NCBI GenBank assembly: GCA_022563395.1
Contig: JADFNM010000001.1
Coordinates: 526,342-590,341 of the forward strand
DNA length: 64,000 bases
Reading direction: 5' to 3'
From: Patescibacteria group bacterium
GTDB lineage: Bacteria > Patescibacteriota > Minisyncoccia > Minisyncoccales > UBA10102
The notes under the pieces are model-generated. The model was not told where the DNA came from and did no database searches. It saw nothing but the letters and a program-made list of their open reading frames with translations. Numbering within the stretch: position 1 is the first letter of the stretch; each line of letters begins with the position of its first letter. The translations under genes were made by a program, and so were the position numbers. Positions 42,036 through 50,719 of this stretch are shown piece after piece.

Positions 42036-42061
42036 GTGTGGATAACTAAATCTCGTTTAAG
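42020..42061. repeat. R1 repeat copy (tatD / mutY-like convergent junction)
   Basis: CTTAAATGAGATTTAGG-tgtggataa-CTAAATCTCGTTTAAG. The tatD stop TAG (42033-42035) lies inside the left arm. Confidence 0.85.
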
Positions 42062-42066
42062 CGAGA

Positions 42067-42876
42067 TTAGAGGGAATAGAAGTTTCTTTTCTTTTTTATG
42101 AGGCCATCTTTTTCTAAAGAGGCAAGAATCTTTTCTGGCACATAGGGGCTCTTCGCTTTTTTGAGCAGTCGCTGGATTTTGCTTGCAGTGGCAGTTTGAT
42201 TTGGCTGGTCTAAGAGAAAGCGCATTACTTTGGTGCGAAACGAGCGGAGAGAACCTTCAAATCTGCTTTGCTTTGCATAGTGCTTGCTTTGCTTGTTTAT
42301 CTTTTTGTCTTTGAGAACCGTTGCCCCGTAGTCAAAGAGGGCATAGTGCCATTGTCGAGGATTCTTTTTCCACACTGCCTTTTCTGCAATATGCAGAATC
42401 TCTTTGTCTGACACGTCTTTCTTTTTTGGAAAGAAAAAGTGCAGGTATACTCTTCTGATGTTTGTATCTAAGAATGCGTCTTTGTTTTGAAAAGCAAAGC
42501 AGGCGATAGCCCCAGCAGTGTAAGGACCAATGCCAGGGAGTTTTTGTAAGTCCTTAGGGTTTTCAGGAAACTTTTCTTCATGACTCTTTATTATCTCCTT
42601 TGCAGCTTTCTTTAAAGAAAGGGCACGTTTCCAGTATCCAAGGCCTCGCCAAACTTTAAGGAGTTTTCCATCTGGAGTTTTTGCAAGAGATTGCAAGGTT
42701 GGGAACTCTTTGAGAAACTCTTTGTATTTGGGAAGGACTCTTGCAACCTGGGTCTGTTGAAGCATGACCTCAGACACCAATATCTTGTAGGGGTTGTCGG
42801 TTTCTCTCCAGGGCATATCCCTTTGGTTCTTTTTGCGGGAATCTAAGATGAGTTTTTGGAACTTGGGAATGGTCAT
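42067..42876 (-). CDS. HhH-GPD DNA glycosylase, MutY/Nth-like, without a recognisable Fe-S cysteine cluster
   Basis: 269 aa. Motifs PWRET.NPYKILVSEVMLQQTQV, HhH-GPD LPGIGPYTAGAI, and catalytic-region DTNIRRV. No C-x6-C-x2-C-x5-C motif is seen. Confidence 0.65.
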   Translation of the reverse strand: MTIPKFQKLILDSRKKNQRDMPWRETDNPYKILVSEVMLQQTQVARVLPKYKEFLKEFPTLQSLAKTPDGKLLKVWRGLGYWKRALSLKKAAKEIIKSHEEKFPENPKDLQKLPGIGPYTAGAIACFAFQNKDAFLDTNIRRVYLHFFFPKKKDVSDKEILHIAEKAVWKKNPRQWHYALFDYGATVLKDKKINKQSKHYAKQSRFEGSLRSFRTKVMRFLLDQPNQTATASKIQRLLKKAKSPYVPEKILASLEKDGLIKKKRNFYSL

Positions 42877-42932
42877 GAACCCATTTTAGCACAATGGACA
42901 AATAAGGGGGGATTGGCTACAATCTGTGTATT

Positions 42933-45344
42933 ATGACGCGCTACGAGCATGAGAAAATAGAGGCAAAGTGGCAGAAACGCTGGGAGAAAAAGAAGGCCTG
43001 GGAGGTGGATTTGGACAAGGCAAAAAAGCCCTACTATAACTTAATGATGTTCCCCTATCCTTCAGCAGAGGGGCTGCATGTAGGGAATGTCTATGCCTTT
43101 ACCATCTCTGACATTCATGGAAGGTTCCGCAGAATGCAGGGATATGATGTGTTTGAGCCCATGGGGTTTGATGCCTTTGGCATTCATTCAGAAAACTTTG
43201 CCATTAAACAGGGGACGCACCCAAAAGAGCAGACTGCAAAGAACATTACGCACTTCACAAAACAGCTCAAGCAATTGGGAGCTCTTTTTGATTGGCAAAG
43301 AGCAGTTATTACCAGTGACCCCGAATACTACAAATGGACCCAGTGGCTGTTTGTGCAACTCTACAAAGCAGGTCTGGCATATAAGGGGAAAGCCCCTGTT
43401 GACTGGTGTCCTTCTTGCAAGACCGTGCTGGCAGATGAGCAGGTTATAGAAGGGCAATGCGAACGATGTGACACTCAGGTTGTGCAAAAGGAATTGGAGC
43501 AGTGGTTTTTTCGCATTACCAAGTATGCGGACCGCCTATTAAAAAACTTGGAGTGGATTGACTGGACCGAAAAGACCAAACTCGCGCAAAGAAACTGGAT
43601 TGGAAAGGCAGAAGGCACAACCATAAAATTCAAAGTTCCCAATTCCAAGCATGAGGTTGAAGTCTTTACGACGCGTGCCGATACGCTTTACGGCGCAACG
43701 TTTATTGTTTTAGCACCAGAACACCCCATGGTAGCTTCCCTCCAAAACTCAAAAGAGGTTCAAAAGTATGTAGAGAAATCAAAGCAGAGAACCGAACTGG
43801 AAAGAAAAGCCGAGGAAAAAGAAAAAACAGGCGTTTTCTCGGGCCTGTACGCGATAAACCCGCTCAACAAGGAAAAAATTCCTGTTTGGATTGCTGATTA
43901 TGTGTTAATGGGTTATGGAACAGGTGCCTTGTTTGGAGATGCTCACGACGAGCGTGATGTCGAATTTGCTAGAAAGTATAACATTCCACTCAAACCCACC
44001 GTAATCACAGGAGATAAAGAGAAAGACCGGAAGATCTTAAGCCTTGAAGAATGTTTTACAGGTTATGGCACCTTAGTGGACTCTGGTCCATTTACAGGCT
44101 TGACCTCAAAGGAAGCAATAGCAAAAGTGATGGAGTGGCTTATCAGGAAAGGACAGGGCGGGCGGAAAGTAACGTACCACCTCAGAGATTGGCTTATCTC
44201 TCGTCAGCGCTACTGGGGGTCTCCCATCCCTATTATCTATTGCGCAAAATGCGGCACGGTTCCGGTTCCAGAAAAAGACCTTCCGGTAAAGTTACCCGAG
44301 GTAAAGGATTTTCGACCTTCTGGCACGGGTAAGTCGCCCTTGGCTTCCGTTGCGAGCTTTGTGAAAACCAAGTGCCCTCAATGTAAAGGGCCAGCTGAGA
44401 GGGAAACAGATGTTTCAGACACGTTTTTAGATTCAGCCTGGTATTTTTTCCGCTATCCCTCAACCGAGTTTAAAACAAAACCTTTTGATAAGGTAAGGGT
44501 AAAGAAGTGGCTTCCTGTGAATATGTACATTGGAGGGCACGAGCACGCTGTCTTGCACCTCTTGTACACCAGATTCATTACTATGGCCCTAAAAGACATG
44601 GGACACATTTCTTTTGAGGAACCCTTTGAGAAATTCCGCGCCCACGGTTTAATCACCAAAGGCGGGGTAAAGATGTCCAAATCCAGAGGGAACGTGGTGA
44701 ACCCAGACGAGTACTTTGTAAAGTACGGCGCAGACACGGTGCGTACCTATTTAATGTTTCTGGGTCCTCTGGCAGATGGGGGAGGTTGGTCAGACAGGGG
44801 AATCGTTGGCATCTCCCGGTTTTTCAACCGTCTCTGGGTATTTGTGCCTAAATCTCGTTTAGGAGATCCTAAACGAGATTTAGGAAATGAGGCCTTGCGG
44901 CATAGAACAATCAAGAAAGTTACTGAAGACCTAGAGAATCTGCGATATAACACCGCAATTGCAGCTTGCATGGAATATTTTAATGCCCTTCAAAAATCCA
45001 GCAATCCAACAAAAGAAGAGACAGATACTTTACTCATTCTTCTTTCGCCTTTTGCCCCTCATTTAACGCAAGAACTCTGGGAAAAACTTGGCAACAAGGG
45101 AAGTGTGCATGACCAACCTTGGCCAAAGCATGACCCAAAGGCATTGCAGGAAAAAGTTGTTCGGCTTGTGGTACAGGTGAATGGAAGAGTCAGAGAAGTT
45201 CTTTTAGTTTCTCCCGGCATTTCAGAAAAGGAGGCTGTTGCTCGGGCGCTGCAGCAAGAAAAGGTAAAGAAATGGTTCCCCACGGGAAAGCCAAAGAACG
45301 TGGTGTTTGTGAAAGGAAGATTACTAAATCTTGTATCGTATTAA
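42933..45344 (+). CDS. leuS: Leucine--tRNA ligase
   Basis: 803 aa. Motifs MFPYPSAEGLHVGN, a CP1 editing domain, and VKMSKSRGN. Confidence 0.95.
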   Translation: MTRYEHEKIEAKWQKRWEKKKAWEVDLDKAKKPYYNLMMFPYPSAEGLHVGNVYAFTISDIHGRFRRMQGYDVFEPMGFDAFGIHSENFAIKQGTHPKEQTAKNITHFTKQLKQLGALFDWQRAVITSDPEYYKWTQWLFVQLYKAGLAYKGKAPVDWCPSCKTVLADEQVIEGQCERCDTQVVQKELEQWFFRITKYADRLLKNLEWIDWTEKTKLAQRNWIGKAEGTTIKFKVPNSKHEVEVFTTRADTLYGATFIVLAPEHPMVASLQNSKEVQKYVEKSKQRTELERKAEEKEKTGVFSGLYAINPLNKEKIPVWIADYVLMGYGTGALFGDAHDERDVEFARKYNIPLKPTVITGDKEKDRKILSLEECFTGYGTLVDSGPFTGLTSKEAIAKVMEWLIRKGQGGRKVTYHLRDWLISRQRYWGSPIPIIYCAKCGTVPVPEKDLPVKLPEVKDFRPSGTGKSPLASVASFVKTKCPQCKGPAERETDVSDTFLDSAWYFFRYPSTEFKTKPFDKVRVKKWLPVNMYIGGHEHAVLHLLYTRFITMALKDMGHISFEEPFEKFRAHGLITKGGVKMSKSRGNVVNPDEYFVKYGADTVRTYLMFLGPLADGGGWSDRGIVGISRFFNRLWVFVPKSRLGDPKRDLGNEALRHRTIKKVTEDLENLRYNTAIAACMEYFNALQKSSNPTKEETDTLLILLSPFAPHLTQELWEKLGNKGSVHDQPWPKHDPKALQEKVVRLVVQVNGRVREVLLVSPGISEKEAVARALQQEKVKKWFPTGKPKNVVFVKGRLLNLVSY
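44847..44885. repeat. R1 repeat copy, in frame within leuS (perfect 17-bp arms)
   Basis: CCTAAATCTCGTTTAGG-agat-CCTAAACGAGATTTAGG is translated as PKSRLGDPKRDLG. Confidence 0.9.
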
Positions 45345-45345
45345 A

Positions 45346-45380
45346 CTTAATGAAATTAAGGAATCCTTAATTTCATTAAG
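45346..45380. repeat. R1 repeat copy (perfect 35-bp palindrome), flank supplies the glmS SD
   Basis: CTTAATGAAATTAAGGAATCCTTAATTTCATTAAG is followed by GAGATATTCAT-ATG. The sequence AAGGAG ends 8 nt before ATG 45392. Confidence 0.9.
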
Positions 45381-45391
45381 GAGATATTCAT

Positions 45392-47224
45392 ATGTGTGGA
45401 ATTGTTGGTTACATTGGTCACAGCACAGATATTCGCATTGGCATGGAGGCTTTAAAGCGCCTGGAGTACCGGGGGTATGATTCAGCTGGCATGGCGGTGT
45501 ACAACAAAGACAGAAAAGAGGTGGATTCGGTAAAAGCGGTAGGAAAGGTGGCGAACCTTGAAGAAAAGCTCCAGGGAATGAATCTGAAAGGCAGCCCTTT
45601 TCTCTTCTATACCAGGTGGGCCACCCACGGGGGAGTGACAGAAGAAAACTGTCATCCTCACACTGACTGTAAGCAAAATATATGGGTGGCGCACAACGGA
45701 ATTATTGAGAACTACCGCCAGCTCAAAGAAGAGCTTTCAAAAGAAGGCCATGTTTTTGTTTCTGAAACAGACACCGAAGTAATTCCTCACTTAATAGAAA
45801 AGTTCTTTGAAGGAAATCTGGAAGAAGCAACAAGAAAAGCCTTGTCTTCGGTTCGGGGAGCGTACGCCTTGGCAATCATTGCAAAAGACGATCCAGAAAA
45901 ACTGGTCTTAGCAAAATACTCCGCCCCCCTGCTCATTGGCCTGGGAAAAGACGAGTATCTGGCAGCCTCCGACCCTTCTGCGGTCATTACCCATACCAAC
46001 AAGGTGGTGTATTTGGAAGATGGTGAGCTTGCGGTATTGACCCCAGAAAGCTTCTCTATTCAGGACTACCGACAAAACCATGTATCAAGGCAAGCAGAAA
46101 AGATTGATTGGAGCTTGGAGGATGCCAAAAAGGGCGGATATGCGCATTTCATGCTCAAAGAAATTATGGAGCAGCCAGAGAGCATTCAAAATGCCTTACG
46201 AGGGAGAATGGTTGCACAAGAGGGTACTGCAAAGCTTGGTGGGCTTGAGGATATGGAAGAAAAGCTCAGAGAAATTGAGCGCGTACAGATTTTAGCTTGT
46301 GGCACTGCTTCTTTTATGGGGAGAGTTGGGGAGTACATGATTGAAGAGTATGTAGGCTTATCCTGTGAGGTGGACATTGGTTCTGAGTTTCGGTATCGAA
46401 AACCAGTTATCGACAAGAGAACACTTACCATTGCTATCTCTCAGTCTGGGGAAACAGCAGACACGCTAGCTGCCCTTAAAGAAGCAAAGCGGAAAGGGAG
46501 CCCTACGGTGGGAATCGTAAACGTGGTGGGCTCTTCTGTTGCAAGAGAGGTGGATGTAGGCGTGTACACTCATGCTGGACCAGAAGTTGCAGTTGCCTCT
46601 ACCAAGGCCTCTACTGCCCAGCTTGCGGTTCTTTCCCTTCTTACTTTGTTTTTGGGAAGACAGCGCCAGCTTTCTCTTGTGATGGGACAACGCATTGCAA
46701 AGGAACTTTCTCGCATACCCGAACTTGTCAAAAGTATTCTGGAGCGAGACGAGGAAGTAAAAAGAATCGCAGAAAAATACAAAGAGGTAACGAACCTTTG
46801 GGTTATAGGACGCAAGTACAATTATCCTATTGCCTTGGAAGGCGCTTTGAAAATCAAGGAAACCTCTTATGTACACGCAGAAGGCATAGCTGGAGGAGAG
46901 CTGAAACATGGCGCCTTGGCTTTGGTTGATGAAGATTTTCTCACCATAGCCATTGTTCCCTCAGATTCTGTGTATGAAAAGATGATTTCTAATATTCAAG
47001 AAATAAAAGCAAGAAAGGGGCCGGTGGTTACAATTGCCACTGAAGGCAACAAAGATATTGCATCCATTGCAGATGACGTAATCTATATCCCAAAAACCCT
47101 AGAAATGCTTACCCCTATTCTTTCTGTTATTCCCTTACAGCTCTTTGCCTATTATATGGGAGTATTGAAAGGATACGATGTAGACAGGCCAAGGAACCTT
47201 GCAAAGTCAGTGACGGTAGAGTAA
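45392..47224 (+). CDS. glmS: Glutamine--fructose-6-phosphate aminotransferase
   Basis: 610 aa. N-terminal nucleophile MCGIVGY, two SIS domains, and C-terminal KSVTVE. Confidence 0.95.
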   Translation: MCGIVGYIGHSTDIRIGMEALKRLEYRGYDSAGMAVYNKDRKEVDSVKAVGKVANLEEKLQGMNLKGSPFLFYTRWATHGGVTEENCHPHTDCKQNIWVAHNGIIENYRQLKEELSKEGHVFVSETDTEVIPHLIEKFFEGNLEEATRKALSSVRGAYALAIIAKDDPEKLVLAKYSAPLLIGLGKDEYLAASDPSAVITHTNKVVYLEDGELAVLTPESFSIQDYRQNHVSRQAEKIDWSLEDAKKGGYAHFMLKEIMEQPESIQNALRGRMVAQEGTAKLGGLEDMEEKLREIERVQILACGTASFMGRVGEYMIEEYVGLSCEVDIGSEFRYRKPVIDKRTLTIAISQSGETADTLAALKEAKRKGSPTVGIVNVVGSSVAREVDVGVYTHAGPEVAVASTKASTAQLAVLSLLTLFLGRQRQLSLVMGQRIAKELSRIPELVKSILERDEEVKRIAEKYKEVTNLWVIGRKYNYPIALEGALKIKETSYVHAEGIAGGELKHGALALVDEDFLTIAIVPSDSVYEKMISNIQEIKARKGPVVTIATEGNKDIASIADDVIYIPKTLEMLTPILSVIPLQLFAYYMGVLKGYDVDRPRNLAKSVTVE

Positions 47225-47257
47225 GCTGATATATCCAAAAGAAAGGGGGGACACTTA

Positions 47258-47743
47258 ATGTTTACCGTGAGGTCAATGCGGAAAGAAGACCTTGGCATCG
47301 TCGCCCAGCTGAACAAAGAGTGCTTCCCCGAGGATAACAGCACCTTGACGGATGCACGAGAGTGGATTGAGGCCAATTGGAAAGCTGCGCCCCGGACCTC
47401 CTACTTTGTTCTTATAGACGAAGAGGGGCAGGTTGAAGGATACATCCTCTGGTTGGAAAAGGGAGGATTCCGCAAGGAGGCAGTGCTCGAGCTTGAGCAG
47501 ATAGCGGTTATACCCTCTCAGAGAGGAAGGGGTGGAGGTAGGACACTTATCCAGCAAACCCTTCCCCAGCTCAAGGAGAGGCTTGCGCTCCAAGGGCGCA
47601 CCATCAAGCTCATTGAGGTGACTACAGCCGCAGACAACGAGGCGCAACGCCTCTATCGTGATACTCTTGGGGCTGAGGTAGAGGCTACGATTCACGACCT
47701 ATTTAGGGGAAACGAAGTCATCATGGTCGCGAGAAATCTGTAG
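47258..47743 (+). CDS. GNAT family N-acetyltransferase
   Basis: 161 aa with the acetyl-CoA motif IAVIPSQRGRGGGRTLI. GC-richer than its neighbours, with the SD AAAGGGGGG. Confidence 0.8.
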   Translation: MFTVRSMRKEDLGIVAQLNKECFPEDNSTLTDAREWIEANWKAAPRTSYFVLIDEEGQVEGYILWLEKGGFRKEAVLELEQIAVIPSQRGRGGGRTLIQQTLPQLKERLALQGRTIKLIEVTTAADNEAQRLYRDTLGAEVEATIHDLFRGNEVIMVARNL

Positions 47744-47804
47744 TTGTTTCGCATAAAGAACTGGGGCCCCCCACCCCAGTTCTCATTCTATCTGGGTATT
47801 TTTC

Positions 47805-48920
47805 ATGATTACTCCAAATCTCAGGAAAGTTATCGCAAAGCTTGGCTTCCAGGACGCATACATTCAAAGAAAAGCTGAAGAGGTTTTATCTATTGCACGT
47901 ACAAAGGGGTTGCACATAGAGCACGATGCTCTCATACTTGTTTGTTATGATATGAATGGTCCCCTGACAAGTACGCGAGATACGGCGCTCCATCCAATTA
48001 CGGGAATCCAGGAAGCAATCGGCGTACTTGAAAAAGACAACATACAAAAAGCTTTGGTGTCTGGTTGGGACATGACGACTCTTGCGCGTTTTCGCGACCA
48101 ACGCCTCCAGGCTCCTTATTTGCATATTGTTGGGGAGCTTGGCATGGTATGGGACTGGAAGGGAGAAGTACAAGAAGTAAGCCCCATTGCAATGCAGGAG
48201 GTGTATCGCATGAAGGAAATCCTTTATCGGGAAGTGGCACGAGAAAATTTAAAGATTGGGGTACAGGGAAATAAATCCTCAAGAATTACCGGTGTTTTTT
48301 TTGAAGCGGAAGGTTTTCGGCGTGCGAATCTCGTAAACCATCTTTTGCTCAAGGGCAAGAAAATTACGACTAAGGATATCTTCCAATCTTTGCAAAACGA
48401 GCAGGATTTTGTCTGGGATGACGACAGGATCATATTTCCCTGCAAGCAACCATATATTCAAGAAATTGATAGAGTCCTTCGCACTGTGTTCACACTGCAT
48501 TCGGTGAGGCTGGCGCTTGAAAAAGACAGGATCGCACTTTGGGTTGATCACATTGATAAAGAAGATTACTCACCTAAAGACATGAAGAGTTTTTTCAGTA
48601 AGATTCTGCCAGCTCCATGGGAAGTTTTTGTTCACGATGACTTTGGGGCAGAAATTATGTTCCGCGACGAAGAAGGGAAGAAAATTAGTAAGGAATCAAC
48701 CGCGCATCTTTTAGGGGAGAGATTATTCAATGACAAACCCTTCATACTGACCCATGTTGGGGATAGGTCCTCTGACGTATTCATCGGAGATGACAGCATC
48801 TTTTTTGCACAAAAAGGCACCTCAGCTGAAATGTATTGTATAGAAAACAACATTCCTTATATATCAGTCATGCACGGTGGAGATTATAGCTTAATCCTTG
48901 CGGCGTTGCTAAAAATATGA
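47805..48920 (+). CDS. HAD superfamily-like hydrolase (atypical motif I)
   Basis: 371 aa. A motif I-like YDMNGPLT (DxN instead of DxD) and C-terminal THVGDRSSDVFIGDD (motif III/IV-like). The assignment is tentative. Confidence 0.45.
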   Translation: MITPNLRKVIAKLGFQDAYIQRKAEEVLSIARTKGLHIEHDALILVCYDMNGPLTSTRDTALHPITGIQEAIGVLEKDNIQKALVSGWDMTTLARFRDQRLQAPYLHIVGELGMVWDWKGEVQEVSPIAMQEVYRMKEILYREVARENLKIGVQGNKSSRITGVFFEAEGFRRANLVNHLLLKGKKITTKDIFQSLQNEQDFVWDDDRIIFPCKQPYIQEIDRVLRTVFTLHSVRLALEKDRIALWVDHIDKEDYSPKDMKSFFSKILPAPWEVFVHDDFGAEIMFRDEEGKKISKESTAHLLGERLFNDKPFILTHVGDRSSDVFIGDDSIFFAQKGTSAEMYCIENNIPYISVMHGGDYSLILAALLKI

Positions 48921-49891
48921 AAGAAGAGGTTGCAGTGCAATTTGGGTTGACACCGCCCCTTGGAGTGATTTCTGCTCCCCCTGGCTTACTTCATCAAACG
49001 TTTTTTGTACAGGCAAAAGAGGGAGATTTTGTCTTTCAGCGATTGCATCAGATCATAAAGCCAGAAACTTGCCAAGATGCAAAAGTAATCACTGATTACG
49101 TGAGGGTGCGGGGAATGGCGGTGCCAGAGTTTTTTGTAACAAAGGAAGGGAATCCATGGTATAGGACCTCTGATGGTTCCTTGTGGCGCGCAATGTCACG
49201 TTTGCCAGGTTCCAGTCACTCTAAAGTTCAGTCTGCAGAGGAGGCCTATGCGGCAGCGCAGTTCTTGGGAGGGTTTCATACATCCCTTGCGGAATTCTCT
49301 TACGAATGCAGTGGAGCAATTCCTCGTTTTCATGACACCCCCTACCTTTTTGAGCAATTCAATGAAGTTGTTTTGAAATACAAAGAGACTCCGCTCTTTG
49401 TACCTGTTGCCAAAGACACAGCATACATTACAGAGCATATGCCCAAAGAGTTCCTGCCGTCCAATCTTCCTCGCCAGATTGTGCATGGAGACCCCAAGAT
49501 CTCCAACTTTCTCTTTGATAAAGATAGTGTGTGTGGTCTTATTGATTTTGACACTTGCATGAATCACACCAAATTGGTAGATATAGGGGATGCGCTGCGG
49601 AGCTGGTGTAACCGAGAAGACGAAGATACCAAGCCTGTCTTTGACCGCACTTTCTACAATGCTGCCGTGGAAGGATATAGGAGTTCTGCAATACTTACCG
49701 AGATGGAACGCCAGCTTATCCCTCAGGCATTGAGGTTGATTACAACTGAGCTTGCAATGCGTTTTTTGCAAGATTATTTTGAGGATTCCTATTTTGGCTG
49801 GGATGCAGCGCACTTTGCAACAAGACGAGAACACAATCTTACGCGCGCCCGAAACCAAATAGAACTACACCACCAGATTATGCAGTCATGA
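48917..49891 (+). CDS. APH-fold sugar anomeric kinase (NahK/AmgK-like N-acetylhexosamine 1-kinase family)
   Basis: 324 aa. Catalytic loop IVHGDPKISNFLFD, DFD metal motif GLIDFDT, and a C-terminal ELAMRFLQDYF..SYF......HNLTRARNQ pattern recalled from the NahK family. Its start overlaps the HAD stop (ATGA). Confidence 0.6.
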   Translation: MKEEVAVQFGLTPPLGVISAPPGLLHQTFFVQAKEGDFVFQRLHQIIKPETCQDAKVITDYVRVRGMAVPEFFVTKEGNPWYRTSDGSLWRAMSRLPGSSHSKVQSAEEAYAAAQFLGGFHTSLAEFSYECSGAIPRFHDTPYLFEQFNEVVLKYKETPLFVPVAKDTAYITEHMPKEFLPSNLPRQIVHGDPKISNFLFDKDSVCGLIDFDTCMNHTKLVDIGDALRSWCNREDEDTKPVFDRTFYNAAVEGYRSSAILTEMERQLIPQALRLITTELAMRFLQDYFEDSYFGWDAAHFATRREHNLTRARNQIELHHQIMQS

Positions 49892-49922
49892 GTTACTAGA
49901 TCCAAAAAGCTAATTACAAACT

Positions 49923-50615
49923 ATGCAAGCAGTAATTCTGGCAGCAGGAAAGGGTACGCGCATGCGGCCCTTAACCTCAAAGCTTCCAAAACCTCTTCTG
50001 CAAATTGGGGGGCAAAGAATTTTAGAGCACACCATTGACCAGCTGCAAGGCATTGTGGACGAAGTGATTCTTGTGGTGGGATACAGGGGTAAGCTCATCC
50101 AGAAATCTTTTCGGGACAATTACAAGGGGATAAAGATTACCTATGCGTGGCAAAAAGAGCAACTGGGCACGGGGGACGCTGCGCAAAAAGCCCTTCCGTA
50201 TCTCAAAGGCCCTTTTCTCTTATTATATGGAGATGATATGTATTATAGGCGCGATATTCTTGAGGTTATAAAATACTGTCCTTCCCTATTGTTGGGGAAG
50301 ATGAAAAATGCTTCTCAATTTGGAGTGGTTCAAACAAAGGGCAAATGGGTTACGGGTATTGTAGAGAAGCCAAAAAATCCCAAGAGTAGTTTTGTGAACG
50401 CAGGCATGTATTTTTTAAATCCTTCTGTTTTTCGCACAAAGTTAAGGAAATCAAAAAGAGGAGAATATGAGTTTACCGACTACATCAAACACCTTTTAAA
50501 AAAGGGCAAGCGCCTTGCGTTTCATGTAACCGACCGTTGGCAGCCCATTTCCAACCCAGAGAATCTGCGTGAAGCCCGTCTTACGCTCAACCCGAGCAAA
50601 CAAAGATTGATATAG
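49923..50615 (+). CDS. Sugar-1-phosphate nucleotidyltransferase
   Basis: 230 aa with N-terminal signature MQAVILAAGKGTRMRPLT, plus GTGDA and YGDD. Confidence 0.8.
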   Translation: MQAVILAAGKGTRMRPLTSKLPKPLLQIGGQRILEHTIDQLQGIVDEVILVVGYRGKLIQKSFRDNYKGIKITYAWQKEQLGTGDAAQKALPYLKGPFLLLYGDDMYYRRDILEVIKYCPSLLLGKMKNASQFGVVQTKGKWVTGIVEKPKNPKSSFVNAGMYFLNPSVFRTKLRKSKRGEYEFTDYIKHLLKKGKRLAFHVTDRWQPISNPENLREARLTLNPSKQRLI

Positions 50616-50684
50616 TTTGTCAGGGGGTATCTTTGATCTTAAGCCCTATGAAGGGCCCTTATTTTGCCTAAAAGTTTTCCACCA

Positions 50685-50712
50685 TTGACAGGGTTATTTA
50701 CTACGGTAAAGT
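50685..50712 (+). promoter_or_regulatory. Sigma70-like promoter TTGACA-N16-TAAAGT
   Basis: Read directly from the sequence. It precedes a GC-rich, ORF-poor region. Confidence 0.5.
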
Positions 50713-50719
50713 GATATAA

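Noticed and set aside
45372-45394. AAGGAGATATTCATATG upstream of glmS resembles the pET-vector RBS (AAGGAGATATACATATG), raising the possibility of vector contamination
   Set aside because: The match is short and imperfect. The GGAGATAT sequence is the standard outer flank of the R1 repeat seen at several other loci (11554, 40511 and 51000 in reverse complement). The flanking sequence is ordinary chromosomal leuS and glmS.
49196-49858. 220-aa minus-strand ORF
   Set aside because: It is antisense to the APH-fold kinase gene, which has clear catalytic motifs. It has no motifs of its own.
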